The translations under genes and the position numbers were made by a program. Of a stretch of DNA of 64,000 bases, positions 9,641-19,866 are shown piece by piece. Origin of the DNA: Saccharolobus solfataricus P2 (GTDB taxonomy: Archaea; Thermoproteota; Thermoprotei_A; Sulfolobales; Sulfolobaceae); NCBI RefSeq assembly GCF_000007005.1, contig NC_002754.1; one strand, written 5' to 3'. The notes below the pieces were generated by a model. It did not search any database and was not told the DNA's origin. It saw only the letters and a list, made by a program, of their open reading frames with translations. Every line of letters begins with the position of its first letter. Position 1 is the first letter of the stretch.

Positions 9641-10308
9641 ATTAAAAATAGATCTAAGCCCCTTAGCTCTCCAACTAGTATTGGTTCTTCTTTTGTTATC
9701 CATTTTCTTGCCTTGACTTCTCTAAGAGCCTCTACCACTTCAACCCAATTCTCTATTTCTGGAATCTCATAAACTACGACGAACTCATAATCACCTACTC
9801 CAAAAGAGTAAGTAGTATATGATCTAATTCCCTTGTTCTTTGGATGAGTTCGAGCAGTTTCAATATGTTCTTTCATGATTTTTTCCCTTTCTTCAAAAGG
9901 TAGAAGATACCATTCTACGTCTTTTTTCATGGGATATGCTACAAAATACCTTAAAGGCTCTAATGAGAGGACCTTATTAATGTCAAAATTTCCTCTTGTA
10001 TATGGAGACGACCTATATACGGAAAACAAGGATAGTGATTCATAACCTAAATCCCTTATTTTAGAAAGTAAAGTATATTTAAATTCTAACAATTTCGATG
10101 TATCGGAGGAAGTTACCCAATAAATAATATCACTATCATTCCTAAGAGATATGTATCTTTTTAGTGAAATTAGATTATTCCTAAACTGTGATTCTACAGA
10201 TTCTATCTCATTTATTGCGCTTCTTCTTTCCTCTCTACTACTACTCCACCATCTATTTGTAAGCTTTATCGAGGAAATATAAAAGTATGCTAAACTATTT
10301 TGGCTCAT
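9637..10308 (-). CDS. Chlorite dismutase family / coproheme decarboxylase (ChdC/HemQ-like)
   Basis: Motifs FVAYPMKK...WYLLPFEERE, MKEH and YSFGVGDYEFVVVYE. Confidence 0.85.
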   Translation of the reverse strand: MSQNSLAYFYISSIKLTNRWWSSSREERRSAINEIESVESQFRNNLISLKRYISLRNDSDIIYWVTSSDTSKLLEFKYTLLSKIRDLGYESLSLFSVYRSSPYTRGNFDINKVLSLEPLRYFVAYPMKKDVEWYLLPFEEREKIMKEHIETARTHPKNKGIRSYTTYSFGVGDYEFVVVYEIPEIENWVEVVEALREVKARKWITKEEPILVGELRGLDLFLI

Positions 10309-11482
10309 TATCCTCTAAGTCTTGAATAATGTCATTATACAATATTAATACTTCTTCCAAATTTGCCAAATAAGCTATGAAGTTGTTGGATAAATTCTGT
10401 CTAACATATTCGTCAAGTAAATCTAATCCATCCGCTGTAGGACCATTTATTATTCTTTCAACATACTCTTCAAATTTTTTCTTTGAATCAGCAAGTATTA
10501 TAAAAGCAATAGGTATGATACTTAATATATCCTTGGATGTGAAATTGACGTCCTTTACTACATCAGAGCTAACTCCGCTATAGTGAATAGAACTTAATCC
10601 ATGTTTCTTAGTTACTTTACTTTCGACCTTATTTTTTAACTTATCTATAGATAAAGGTAGGTAAGAAATAGGAGACGGATTGCCAATAATAACATCTACT
10701 CCAATATTATTGGAAATTCTATCCAAGTACATTATTGCCCTAAGCAATCTGGCTAATTTGTGTTTTTTAACCGAGCTAGGCTTCTTTCCTACGTTAAACC
10801 CTATAAGGTATTTGAAGATACATCCCGCGTAAATAGTTTTACCATTTTGTATAGGATTTTCAGCTGGTAATAGATTATATTCTACAAACTCCCTATAAAT
10901 CAAAGTATATTCCTCCTCGTTTATCAAAGACTTTAAGTAGTCTTCGAAGTTCTCTATGTTTTCTCTCCTCGATTCAACAACTTGGCCCAACTCGTTGTAT
11001 TTCTTAATTATCGGAGGATTATACGACATGTCAATAAATATTTGAAGAATAGGAAAGGAATCTTCACTCCTTAATACAGTGGCTGCGTAAGCATTGTTAG
11101 GAAATCTAACAACACCCACTATTACTCTAGAATTGACATCGCTAGATAACGCTACATGTTTTGAAGAAGCTAAGGCTAATCTTTCCATATCAAACCATTC
11201 TTTACTTAATCGTAGAGTCTCTGAATTAGTATCAATATTTCCGTAATTGTAAACTATTGAATCTACCTTTAATTCCTCCGCTACTTCCTCTATTACGTCC
11301 TTAATGAGAGAATCTATTTGGGGAATTGGTGGTAAAATATAGTGCTCCTCAGTCTTATATATATGGACGCCATTATCTTGTAGTTTTATTAACATTATCT
11401 CCTTTCTATTACCCTTGTCGTCAATTAGAGAGCATAGAATCTCTGGTTTTTCAGGGTTTGAGTATACTTCTAATAGTCCCAC
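10295..11482 (-). CDS. Hypothetical protein, 395 aa
   Basis: Long ORF overlapping the ChdC-like gene by 14 bp; no family recognised. Confidence 0.75.
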   Translation of the reverse strand: MGLLEVYSNPEKPEILCSLIDDKGNRKEIMLIKLQDNGVHIYKTEEHYILPPIPQIDSLIKDVIEEVAEELKVDSIVYNYGNIDTNSETLRLSKEWFDMERLALASSKHVALSSDVNSRVIVGVVRFPNNAYAATVLRSEDSFPILQIFIDMSYNPPIIKKYNELGQVVESRRENIENFEDYLKSLINEEEYTLIYREFVEYNLLPAENPIQNGKTIYAGCIFKYLIGFNVGKKPSSVKKHKLARLLRAIMYLDRISNNIGVDVIIGNPSPISYLPLSIDKLKNKVESKVTKKHGLSSIHYSGVSSDVVKDVNFTSKDILSIIPIAFIILADSKKKFEEYVERIINGPTADGLDLLDEYVRQNLSNNFIAYLANLEEVLILYNDIIQDLEDNEPK

Positions 11483-11865
11483 TATCCCATCCTACTTAAA
11501 TTTGTTAATACAGATACTTTTATTAGGATTATGGTAGAAAAACCTTTTCCATGTCTAATAACAATAGTTCATCCACCACCAGCTAATTCTCCTTATTCCT
11601 TAGGTAAGTTTTACTCCAAACCTCATTATAATAACGTTATCATTCGAAAACAGTTCTCCCATCATATAGAGATATGTTTAGTTCAAAACTTCTCCATACC
11701 TTAAAAGGTCTCCTGCATAAGTTCTATGTGATAGGATTAAGAGTGTCATATATATCCGTTTAAATCTAAATTTAAGGCATTAGCCAGCTATAACTTGATC
11801 TGGATTACGAATATCTAAAATAAGTGATAAATAAAGATAAATCAGTAGAGTCATTGATATAATCG

Positions 11866-12393
11866 ATGTTAGAAGAGTCGAAGAATGCTTTAAGGGTATT
11901 TATAACTGGTAACCCCGGTGTTGGGAAAACTACAATATTACTCTTTTTAATTAATAAATTAAGTGAGAATAATTACAAAGTTGCTGGATTTTATTGCCCA
12001 GAGGTGAGAGAGAATGGAAGAAGAATAGGTTTTAGAATAGTAGATATAACTACCAATGAAGGAGACTGGTTGGCTAAAGAAAACGCGCCTGGAAGAGTGA
12101 AAATAGGGAAATATACAGTTTTAGAAGATAGTGCTAAAAGAATAACTGAGATTACATTGTCTAACATTAATAAGGCAGATGTTTTAGCAATAGACGAAAT
12201 TGGGCCAATGGAGTTAAAAATACCTACAATAAAGAAATTAATTGAGACTATTCTAAATAATCAAAAACCTTTGATTGCAGTGTTACATAGGACACAAAAA
12301 CCCATGGGAGGAAGAATCTACGTAATTACCGTTGAAAATAGGGATTCGATAAAGTACGAGATTTTGAATTACATATTAAGTAGCCTAGATTAA
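11866..12393 (+). CDS. NTPase (COG1618/THEP1-like)
   Basis: Walker A ITGNPGVGKTT; motifs GRRIGF and IDEIGPME. Confidence 0.92.
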   Translation: MLEESKNALRVFITGNPGVGKTTILLFLINKLSENNYKVAGFYCPEVRENGRRIGFRIVDITTNEGDWLAKENAPGRVKIGKYTVLEDSAKRITEITLSNINKADVLAIDEIGPMELKIPTIKKLIETILNNQKPLIAVLHRTQKPMGGRIYVITVENRDSIKYEILNYILSSLD

Positions 12394-12473
12394 CTTCTTC
12401 TATGGCCTTTTCTAAATTCTCTTCATTCAGATGGTATTATACGTTAAATATTTGCTCAACAAATATTCTCATA

Positions 12474-13316
12474 ATGGTAATGCATGAATATATCAGAAAA
12501 TCACTCACAATAGATTGTGAAGCTGTTACTAACTATATTGTGGAAAGGATAAGGGAGTATCTTGAATTTAGCAATAAGAAAGGAGGAGTAATAGGGGTAA
12601 GCGGGGGAGTGGATTCAGCGGTAACTGCAACGCTTCTTGCTAAAGCTACTGATAATTTCTTCATACTTCTCATGCCTTCCTCTTCAACGCCAAAGATAGA
12701 TTTGGATGATTCATTCGAAATGATAAAATTCCTTAATGCACAAAATAAATACAAATTAATTAATATAGATGAAATTGTGAAGTCATTTTCAAATAAAATA
12801 GAAACAGAAAATAAATATATAATAGGCAACATAAAAGCTAGAGTTAGAATGATAATACTTTACGCTTATGCGCAAATGTTAGATTACTTGGTGGTAGGAA
12901 CTGGAGACAAGAGTGAGCTACTATTAGGATACTTCACAAAGTATGGGGATGGAGGTGTTGATGTTTTACCAATAGGTGATTTGTACAAGACACAGGTTAG
13001 AATGCTAGGAAAATGTTTAGGGTTACCGGAAAGAATAGTCACAAAACCAAGTTCCCCAGCCTTATGGGAAGGACAAACAGCAGAAGGAGAATTAGGAATT
13101 GACTATGAAACAATAGATTCAATACTATATTTAAGATTCGATGAAATGAGAAGCGAAGACGAGATAGTGAAAATGTTGGGAATTCCTATAGATATTGTTA
13201 AAAAAGTTGATAGACTAGTTAAAATCTCTCAACACAAGAGGCTACCCCCAGAGATCTTTAGGTTAAGTGGAAGGGCAATAAACTCAGACTGGAGGTTCCC
13301 TAGAAGATGGGCATAA
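12474..13316 (+). CDS. nadE: NH3-dependent NAD+ synthetase
   Basis: Motifs GVSGGVDS, GNIKARVRM, GTGDKSE and GYFTKYGDG. Start trimmed to the MVMHEY Met. Confidence 0.95.
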   Translation: MVMHEYIRKSLTIDCEAVTNYIVERIREYLEFSNKKGGVIGVSGGVDSAVTATLLAKATDNFFILLMPSSSTPKIDLDDSFEMIKFLNAQNKYKLINIDEIVKSFSNKIETENKYIIGNIKARVRMIILYAYAQMLDYLVVGTGDKSELLLGYFTKYGDGGVDVLPIGDLYKTQVRMLGKCLGLPERIVTKPSSPALWEGQTAEGELGIDYETIDSILYLRFDEMRSEDEIVKMLGIPIDIVKKVDRLVKISQHKRLPPEIFRLSGRAINSDWRFPRRWA

Positions 13317-14119
13317 AAGTGGAATTAGCCCAAATAAGATCTTATCCCGGGGACGTCTATAGGAACTACAAGAAACATTTAGAAATAATAGAGAGCAGTA
13401 GCGCAGATTGTGTAATCTTTCCAGAACTGTCCTTAACTGGTTACATTATAAAGGACTTAACATATGAAATATACAAAGACGCAGAGGAGGCTACACAGAA
13501 AATAGCAGAGAAAGTTAACAAGTGTGTGGTGTTTGGAACAATAAGGCAAGTTAGGAAAGGAATATTAAGAAACTCAGCAGCAGTTATCATTAACGGGAAA
13601 TTGGATTACATATATAAGTTTTATCTTCCAACATATGGATTATTTGAGGAGAGGAGATATTTCCAAAGAGGAGATCCACTGAAAGATCTGAAAATTTTTG
13701 AGTACAAAGACTTAAAATTTGGAGTAGTAATTTGTGAGGATGCTTGGCATCCGGAACCAATAGAGGCGTTATCGCTTATGGGAGCTGACGCAATTTTCAT
13801 ACCCTCAGCCTCACCAATGCGAAAACTAAGAGAAAACTTGGCAATAGAAGAGAGTTGGGACTCGCTTTTGAAAGCTCATTCATTAATGAATACTGTATGG
13901 ACTGTTTTCACAAATGTTGTAGGTAGTCAAGAGGAGGAGTACTTTTGGGGAGGATCTAGAGTAGTTTCGCCATTAGGAGATGTAAAACTTAAACTAAAAC
14001 TATTTTATGAGGATAGGGGAACTATAGAGATCACTGAAAATGAATTGCTTAGAGCTCGGTTCTTTAGTAGTTATAGGGATCATATAAGGGAGTTCCATTC
14101 AATTCTTGATAAACTATAA
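13307..14119 (+). CDS. Carbon-nitrogen hydrolase (nitrilase fold), probable glutaminase partner of NadE
   Basis: Catalytic triad motifs FPELSLTGY, KFYLP and ICEDAW. Overlaps nadE by 10 bp. Confidence 0.9.
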   Translation: MGIKVELAQIRSYPGDVYRNYKKHLEIIESSSADCVIFPELSLTGYIIKDLTYEIYKDAEEATQKIAEKVNKCVVFGTIRQVRKGILRNSAAVIINGKLDYIYKFYLPTYGLFEERRYFQRGDPLKDLKIFEYKDLKFGVVICEDAWHPEPIEALSLMGADAIFIPSASPMRKLRENLAIEESWDSLLKAHSLMNTVWTVFTNVVGSQEEEYFWGGSRVVSPLGDVKLKLKLFYEDRGTIEITENELLRARFFSSYRDHIREFHSILDKL

Positions 14120-14149
14120 CTTTTATAACTCTACATACGATATACATAA

Positions 14150-14440
14150 TTGAATATGATTTCTCAAAGGTTTAATCTCAATCTCTTACTTTTACTTATA
14201 ATTATAATTCTGCTCATCATAGCCATTTTCTATCCAGTGGCTCTTATTCCTGCAGCCCTAGTGGGCGCGTTTATAGACGGCTATCCTTTTGCAAGAATTT
14301 TTATACCGATACCATTATTAATATTATTTCTTTTAGGTCTTCATAACGATTTTTACCCATTTGGCACACTAGCAATGATATTATTATTACTTCTTTTATT
14401 TATTAGAAGTATTACCAAGAATGGAAACTTTAAATTTTAA
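14150..14440 (+). CDS. Small hydrophobic membrane protein
   Basis: Almost entirely hydrophobic, with three predicted TM segments. Confidence 0.6.
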   Translation: MNMISQRFNLNLLLLLIIIILLIIAIFYPVALIPAALVGAFIDGYPFARIFIPIPLLILFLLGLHNDFYPFGTLAMILLLLLLFIRSITKNGNFKF

Positions 14441-14471
14441 ATTTATAAACTACTTCTGCACTATTTTATAT

Positions 14472-14600
14472 ATGGACAATTTAATAAAGGCGCTACTGAT
14501 ACTAAATCTAATCTTATCACTCACCCTGTCAGAACTATTTGTAATTCCTCTCGTTCTACTCACAGCTAAATTCATTTTATCTAGTGCAAAAAGAGATTAG
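14472..14600 (+). CDS. Small membrane peptide, 42 aa (MDNLIKALLILNLILSLTLSELFVIPLVLLTAKFILSSAKRD)
   Basis: ATG 14472 to TAG 14600. TTTATAAA at 14441-14448 sits at leaderless-promoter spacing. Confidence 0.5.
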   Translation: MDNLIKALLILNLILSLTLSELFVIPLVLLTAKFILSSAKRD

Positions 14601-14614
14601 AACACTTGTTCTAA
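14597..14614. promoter_or_regulatory. Perfect 8-2-8 inverted repeat, putative operator
   Basis: ttagaaca-ct-tgttctaa lies just upstream of the TATA-like ttttatc of the wHTH gene. Confidence 0.5.
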
Positions 14615-14651
14615 GGCGTAGGGTTTTATCACCTTCTACAATTTTTAATAT

Positions 14652-14921
14652 ATGCTACTAAGATTAGATGAGATCTTCCAAAATAAGGGATGGGATACGA
14701 GAAAAAAGATATTAAATGAATTGGAAGAGAAACCACAAACTGCTTATGAATTATCGAAAAAATTGGGATTAAATTACTCTACTGTAAAATACCATTTAGA
14801 AATTTTAGAGAAATTCGGATTAGTAAATATTAATAGAGATAAAAATAAATGTTTCTATACTGTGACAAAGAATTATAAAATAGTTGAAAAGTATTTAGAG
14901 GAGGAAATAAGAAAAAGATAA
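14652..14921 (+). CDS. ArsR-type winged-HTH transcriptional regulator
   Basis: TRKKILNEL...QTAYELSKKLGLNYSTVKYHLEILEKFGLV. Confidence 0.9.
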   Translation: MLLRLDEIFQNKGWDTRKKILNELEEKPQTAYELSKKLGLNYSTVKYHLEILEKFGLVNINRDKNKCFYTVTKNYKIVEKYLEEEIRKR

Positions 14922-14932
14922 CTGAGAAAAGT

Positions 14933-15832
14933 TTGAACGGCAGTTCAATATTTTTCATAGTATTATATCTAATATTTTTAATTATAGGCAAGATAAAATA
15001 TGTAAAAGAAGCCGAGAGAATCGTAGACATCGTAGTTATACTTCTAATATTGACAATCTCATATTGGGCAGGAGAAGAGATCACGAGCAATCAAGTCTTT
15101 AGCCTAGTTATAAGTTCACTAATACTGAGCATATTTTCAATAATTATCACATATTTTTCTGGAGTCGCAATAAGATCTTTTAATAATAGCACAAAACTCC
15201 TAGTAAAAACTAATAAAGAAAAAGTACCTAATAGAAGCAATAGACAGACGATAATAAAGTATATGTTACCTTTCATATCAGGATGGATCTTTGGATTATT
15301 GTTTCATATAAATGATAATATTGTCATAAACTTAGTAGATTACGAATTGTATGCTTTGGCCTCAGTGCTAGGCTATACGATGGGAAAGGACGTTAATCGT
15401 AAGGTAATTCTAAATAGTAGTAAGGATTCTTTAATCTCATTATTCATAACAATTCTTGGAGATATCATACTAGCACTAGTTATTTACATGTTACACATAG
15501 CTAACCTTACCATTTCATTTGCTATTGCGTTGGCCAGTGGATGGTATAGTTACGTTGGACCGTTAGTAGCAGTAAGCTCTAATCCCTATTTGGGTACTCT
15601 AGCCTTTCTAATAAATTTCCTTAGAGAACAACTAACTTATGTTTTAGTACCTTTTCTTCTTAGAGTGAAATTTGAACCTAGATCTGCAGTAGCTGTAGGA
15701 GGTGCGACAGCAATGGATACTACACTTCCACTCTATGTAGAAGTTTTGGGAAAAGAGTATGCTCTATCCGCAATGATTACAGGTGTAATATTAACGCTTA
15801 TAATACCAATTATTTTACCTCTAATAATCTAA
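14933..15832 (+). CDS. LysO (DUF340) family exporter
   Basis: Motifs ASGWYS, NFLRE and GGATAMDTTLP; polytopic membrane protein. Confidence 0.85.
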   Translation: MNGSSIFFIVLYLIFLIIGKIKYVKEAERIVDIVVILLILTISYWAGEEITSNQVFSLVISSLILSIFSIIITYFSGVAIRSFNNSTKLLVKTNKEKVPNRSNRQTIIKYMLPFISGWIFGLLFHINDNIVINLVDYELYALASVLGYTMGKDVNRKVILNSSKDSLISLFITILGDIILALVIYMLHIANLTISFAIALASGWYSYVGPLVAVSSNPYLGTLAFLINFLREQLTYVLVPFLLRVKFEPRSAVAVGGATAMDTTLPLYVEVLGKEYALSAMITGVILTLIIPIILPLII

Positions 15833-16383
15833 ATCTTACCTATTTTTATCAGCAAAATTACTGCAACAATTATTACAATAAGGAGAACAATCAACGGTAA
15901 ATAACTATATATTGTTGGGGATGGTGATTCATTTTCAGAATTTATCTGGAATATATATATATGTACGTTTTTACTAGTACCGTTTGCTTGATAAAGTATA
16001 TTGTTGTGATAAATTAGGTTTAATACTATTTCACTCCTATTTAATTTTAAAAATCCCTTATATACAGATATATTTGTGTTATTTTCCATTTTACTTAGGA
16101 TAAGAGTATAATTTCCAATAAGGCTCGCATTTATAAGTAATGCTGGTGGAAATAGGGAATAGTTAGAGATTGTGAAGACCTTATTATAAATTATACTTCC
16201 ATTAGAATTATAGATTGTAAAATTATAGGTTAAAGGAGATATTGATAATATAGTATAATTATATACATATAGATATAAAGTATTATTATAAATTATCTGA
16301 ACGTTATAGGAAAAAGATTGGTGAGGAGAAAGAGGTATTGAAATTAATAATATAAGAAATATAAATGCTAATTGATAAACCAT
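15829..16383 (-). CDS. Secreted, membrane-anchored surface protein (hypothetical)
   Basis: N-terminal signal peptide, many N-x-S/T sequons, C-terminal TM helix with basic tail. Confidence 0.75.
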   Translation of the reverse strand: MVYQLAFIFLILLISIPLSPHQSFSYNVQIIYNNTLYLYVYNYTILSISPLTYNFTIYNSNGSIIYNKVFTISNYSLFPPALLINASLIGNYTLILSKMENNTNISVYKGFLKLNRSEIVLNLIYHNNILYQANGTSKNVHIYIFQINSENESPSPTIYSYLPLIVLLIVIIVAVILLIKIGKI

Positions 16384-16417
16384 ACATTAATAACTCTCTT
16401 TTAACTTTATAAAATCT

Positions 16418-17149
16418 ATGAGCGACGAGTGGATTAAAATCTTTGAATCTGATTTTTACGTTCGTGAGATGATAAAAGTATGGGATGAGGGAGAAAAGTG
16501 GGCTAATTGGATAGATGAAGTTGTGAGTAAATACAAGTTAGAAAAGAAGGTTCTAGATATACCTTGTGGAATTGGTAGAGTTTCGTATTTTCTTGCAAAT
16601 AGGGGTTATAAGGTTACTGGAATAGATATTTCTGAAAGAATGATATCAATGGCAAGATCCAATATTCAAAACGGAAAATTTATAGTAGGCGATATGAGAA
16701 AAATAAAGGAAATAATTGGTAATGAAAAGTACGACCTTGTGATAAATATTTACAACAGTTTAGGGTACTATTCCGAAGAAGATGATCTAAAGATCTTAGA
16801 ATCCTTACGAGATAGTACAAGGAAAATAGTGGTTATTAATTTAGATAATAGAGACTATATAATATATAATAGACCTAATGAATATTATACTTATATACCG
16901 CCGTATTTAGTATACTCTAAAGTCGAATTTGAACAAGAAACTTCAAGGTTGAAAATTTATAGAAAATATTACCTAAATGATAAAGAAGTAGGAGAGATGA
17001 TTTACGAGCAAAGACTATATAGCATCCACGAAATCTTAGCTCTACTCAAAAAGGCGGGACTACAACCAATAGAAGTCCTATCAGGATATTCTTGGAAGAA
17101 ATTCAGCATAATGGATCCAGAAATGACGATAATAGCTACACCAGCTTAA
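16418..17149 (+). CDS. Class I SAM-dependent methyltransferase
   Basis: Motifs VLDIPCGIGR, VTGIDIS and GDMR. Confidence 0.9.
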   Translation: MSDEWIKIFESDFYVREMIKVWDEGEKWANWIDEVVSKYKLEKKVLDIPCGIGRVSYFLANRGYKVTGIDISERMISMARSNIQNGKFIVGDMRKIKEIIGNEKYDLVINIYNSLGYYSEEDDLKILESLRDSTRKIVVINLDNRDYIIYNRPNEYYTYIPPYLVYSKVEFEQETSRLKIYRKYYLNDKEVGEMIYEQRLYSIHEILALLKKAGLQPIEVLSGYSWKKFSIMDPEMTIIATPA

Positions 17150-17579
17150 CCGCTTAGCTTCCTCGGCAAAATAACAGCACTATATTTTTAAAAACGGTTC
17201 TCATGTAATTTAACTTCCCTATGACAATTCGTAGTATATTCTGTCCTAGAATATATAATCCTATTATGATAGATTTTTAGTTATGCCTAGTTAATCTATT
17301 GAATATTTTTCCACGAAACTACTATTATCTTTATTTCGATAATTCCAAAGTGTACAATTTAGGTTTGTGATGCCGTTTTCTTTGTGGTTGAGATTAGACT
17401 CTCCTATATGCTCACTTAGTCAGCGTATCCAAATGACTTTACGTTTTCGTTTAAATTCAGTACGGAAGTTATTAATTGTTTTATATTCTCACTCATTTTT
17501 TTATATAATAGACTCTAAAATACTATAACTTATACTTTTAAAATAAGCTTATATCCCAGTAACTCTATATATTATGTGA

Positions 17580-18656
<1,077 letters not shown>

Positions 18657-18688
18657 CTCTTTTTTACTATCCTTTCTTATTCTACACT

Positions 18689-19486
18689 ATGAATTTTATT
18701 ACATTTGCTGAGAAGTTAGGAATTGATCGGGAAGCTGCGATAAAAGTTTATAGATTGTTTAATGGTGGTTACTTTGAAAGTTTATACTATTCTAAACCTC
18801 CTATTCTCCATAAACTTAGGGAATGGCCTAGGAAATATTTGACAAAAAAACTGATATTAATAAAAAATTTTCAATTAAATCAAGCATTTGAAGCCCTAAT
18901 ATGGGCAGATATCATAGCAATCTATGGAATGTCTTCAAAATTAATCGATAGGCCTCTTAAATATGGCATTTTGGAGAAAAATATAGAGTACATATATGAG
19001 GAAATCAAAAAGTATTCTCTTTCCAATAATTTTACTGACTATCCTACAACCTTAAGTCTGGATTTTATTAAGGTGGATTTTTCACCATTCATAAAGGACT
19101 TAACTAATAAAAGAATGGAGGAGATGAAAGCTAACGATTCAGAAATAATAAATGATATTGCATATGATAGCAAATTGATGGAAGAAATAAAAATTAAATA
19201 TCCTTGGGCAAAGAACGTCAAAAGGGAGAACGCTGTAAGGGCTTTTCAATTATCTGAAAGAGTAAACGAATTCGTAGAGTATATTATACCATTCATTTAC
19301 TATTTGGCAGCATCGAAGACCCTTCATTTTGATTACACTCTTCTAAGTAATACTATTTCAGATACAATAAAACTTGTCGAAGAAGAAGGAAGTAGAGCAA
19401 TAAAAGAGCAAGAAATGAGTAGTGAATACCAAAGAAAAGTTAGAGAACTTTACCAACTTATTATTACTACTCTTAACTACTTTTAG
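18689..19486 (+). CDS. Hypothetical protein, 265 aa
   Basis: Long ORF co-directional with mcr; no family recognised. Confidence 0.7.
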   Translation: MNFITFAEKLGIDREAAIKVYRLFNGGYFESLYYSKPPILHKLREWPRKYLTKKLILIKNFQLNQAFEALIWADIIAIYGMSSKLIDRPLKYGILEKNIEYIYEEIKKYSLSNNFTDYPTTLSLDFIKVDFSPFIKDLTNKRMEEMKANDSEIINDIAYDSKLMEEIKIKYPWAKNVKRENAVRAFQLSERVNEFVEYIIPFIYYLAASKTLHFDYTLLSNTISDTIKLVEEEGSRAIKEQEMSSEYQRKVRELYQLIITTLNYF

Positions 19487-19518
19487 GTTTATATACTATT
19501 TCGGCATAAAGATAACAC

Positions 19519-19866
19519 GTGACAACAAGAGGAAAAGAACAGCAGAAAAAAAAGAAAAGATATACTGAAAGTATTGCTGCATTTAAAAAAGAATTAAAAG
19601 CACTAAGCTTTGAACCAATTTATGGGGAGTCCATAAAGGATATAATAGCGAGATTAACGGTGAAAATAGAAGATATTGCAAACCAGTACAAGTATACAGT
19701 GGAATTTCCTGAGAAAGCTGAAATTGAGGCTGAAGGAGACATTTACTATTTCATATATCCTATAACTCTGAAGACAAAGACTGGAAGAAAAAAAATCTAT
19801 CTTCATGTCCAATACCTTATGTATGATCAGAACCAATGGGCCGGAATGATAACTGGAGTTAAATAA
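19519..19866 (+). CDS. Hypothetical protein, 115 aa, basic N-terminus
   Basis: ORF fills the gap and converges on the sedolisin stop. Confidence 0.65.
   Translation: MTTRGKEQQKKKKRYTESIAAFKKELKALSFEPIYGESIKDIIARLTVKIEDIANQYKYTVEFPEKAEIEAEGDIYYFIYPITLKTKTGRKKIYLHVQYLMYDQNQWAGMITGVK

Noticed and set aside
11500-11750. Possible eroded minus-strand gene (MTLLILSHRTY...)
   Set aside because: Needs several stops and frameshifts and resembles no known family.
12402-12473. N-terminal extension of nadE in the ORF track
   Set aside because: Not NadE-like; the downstream Met fits the family length.
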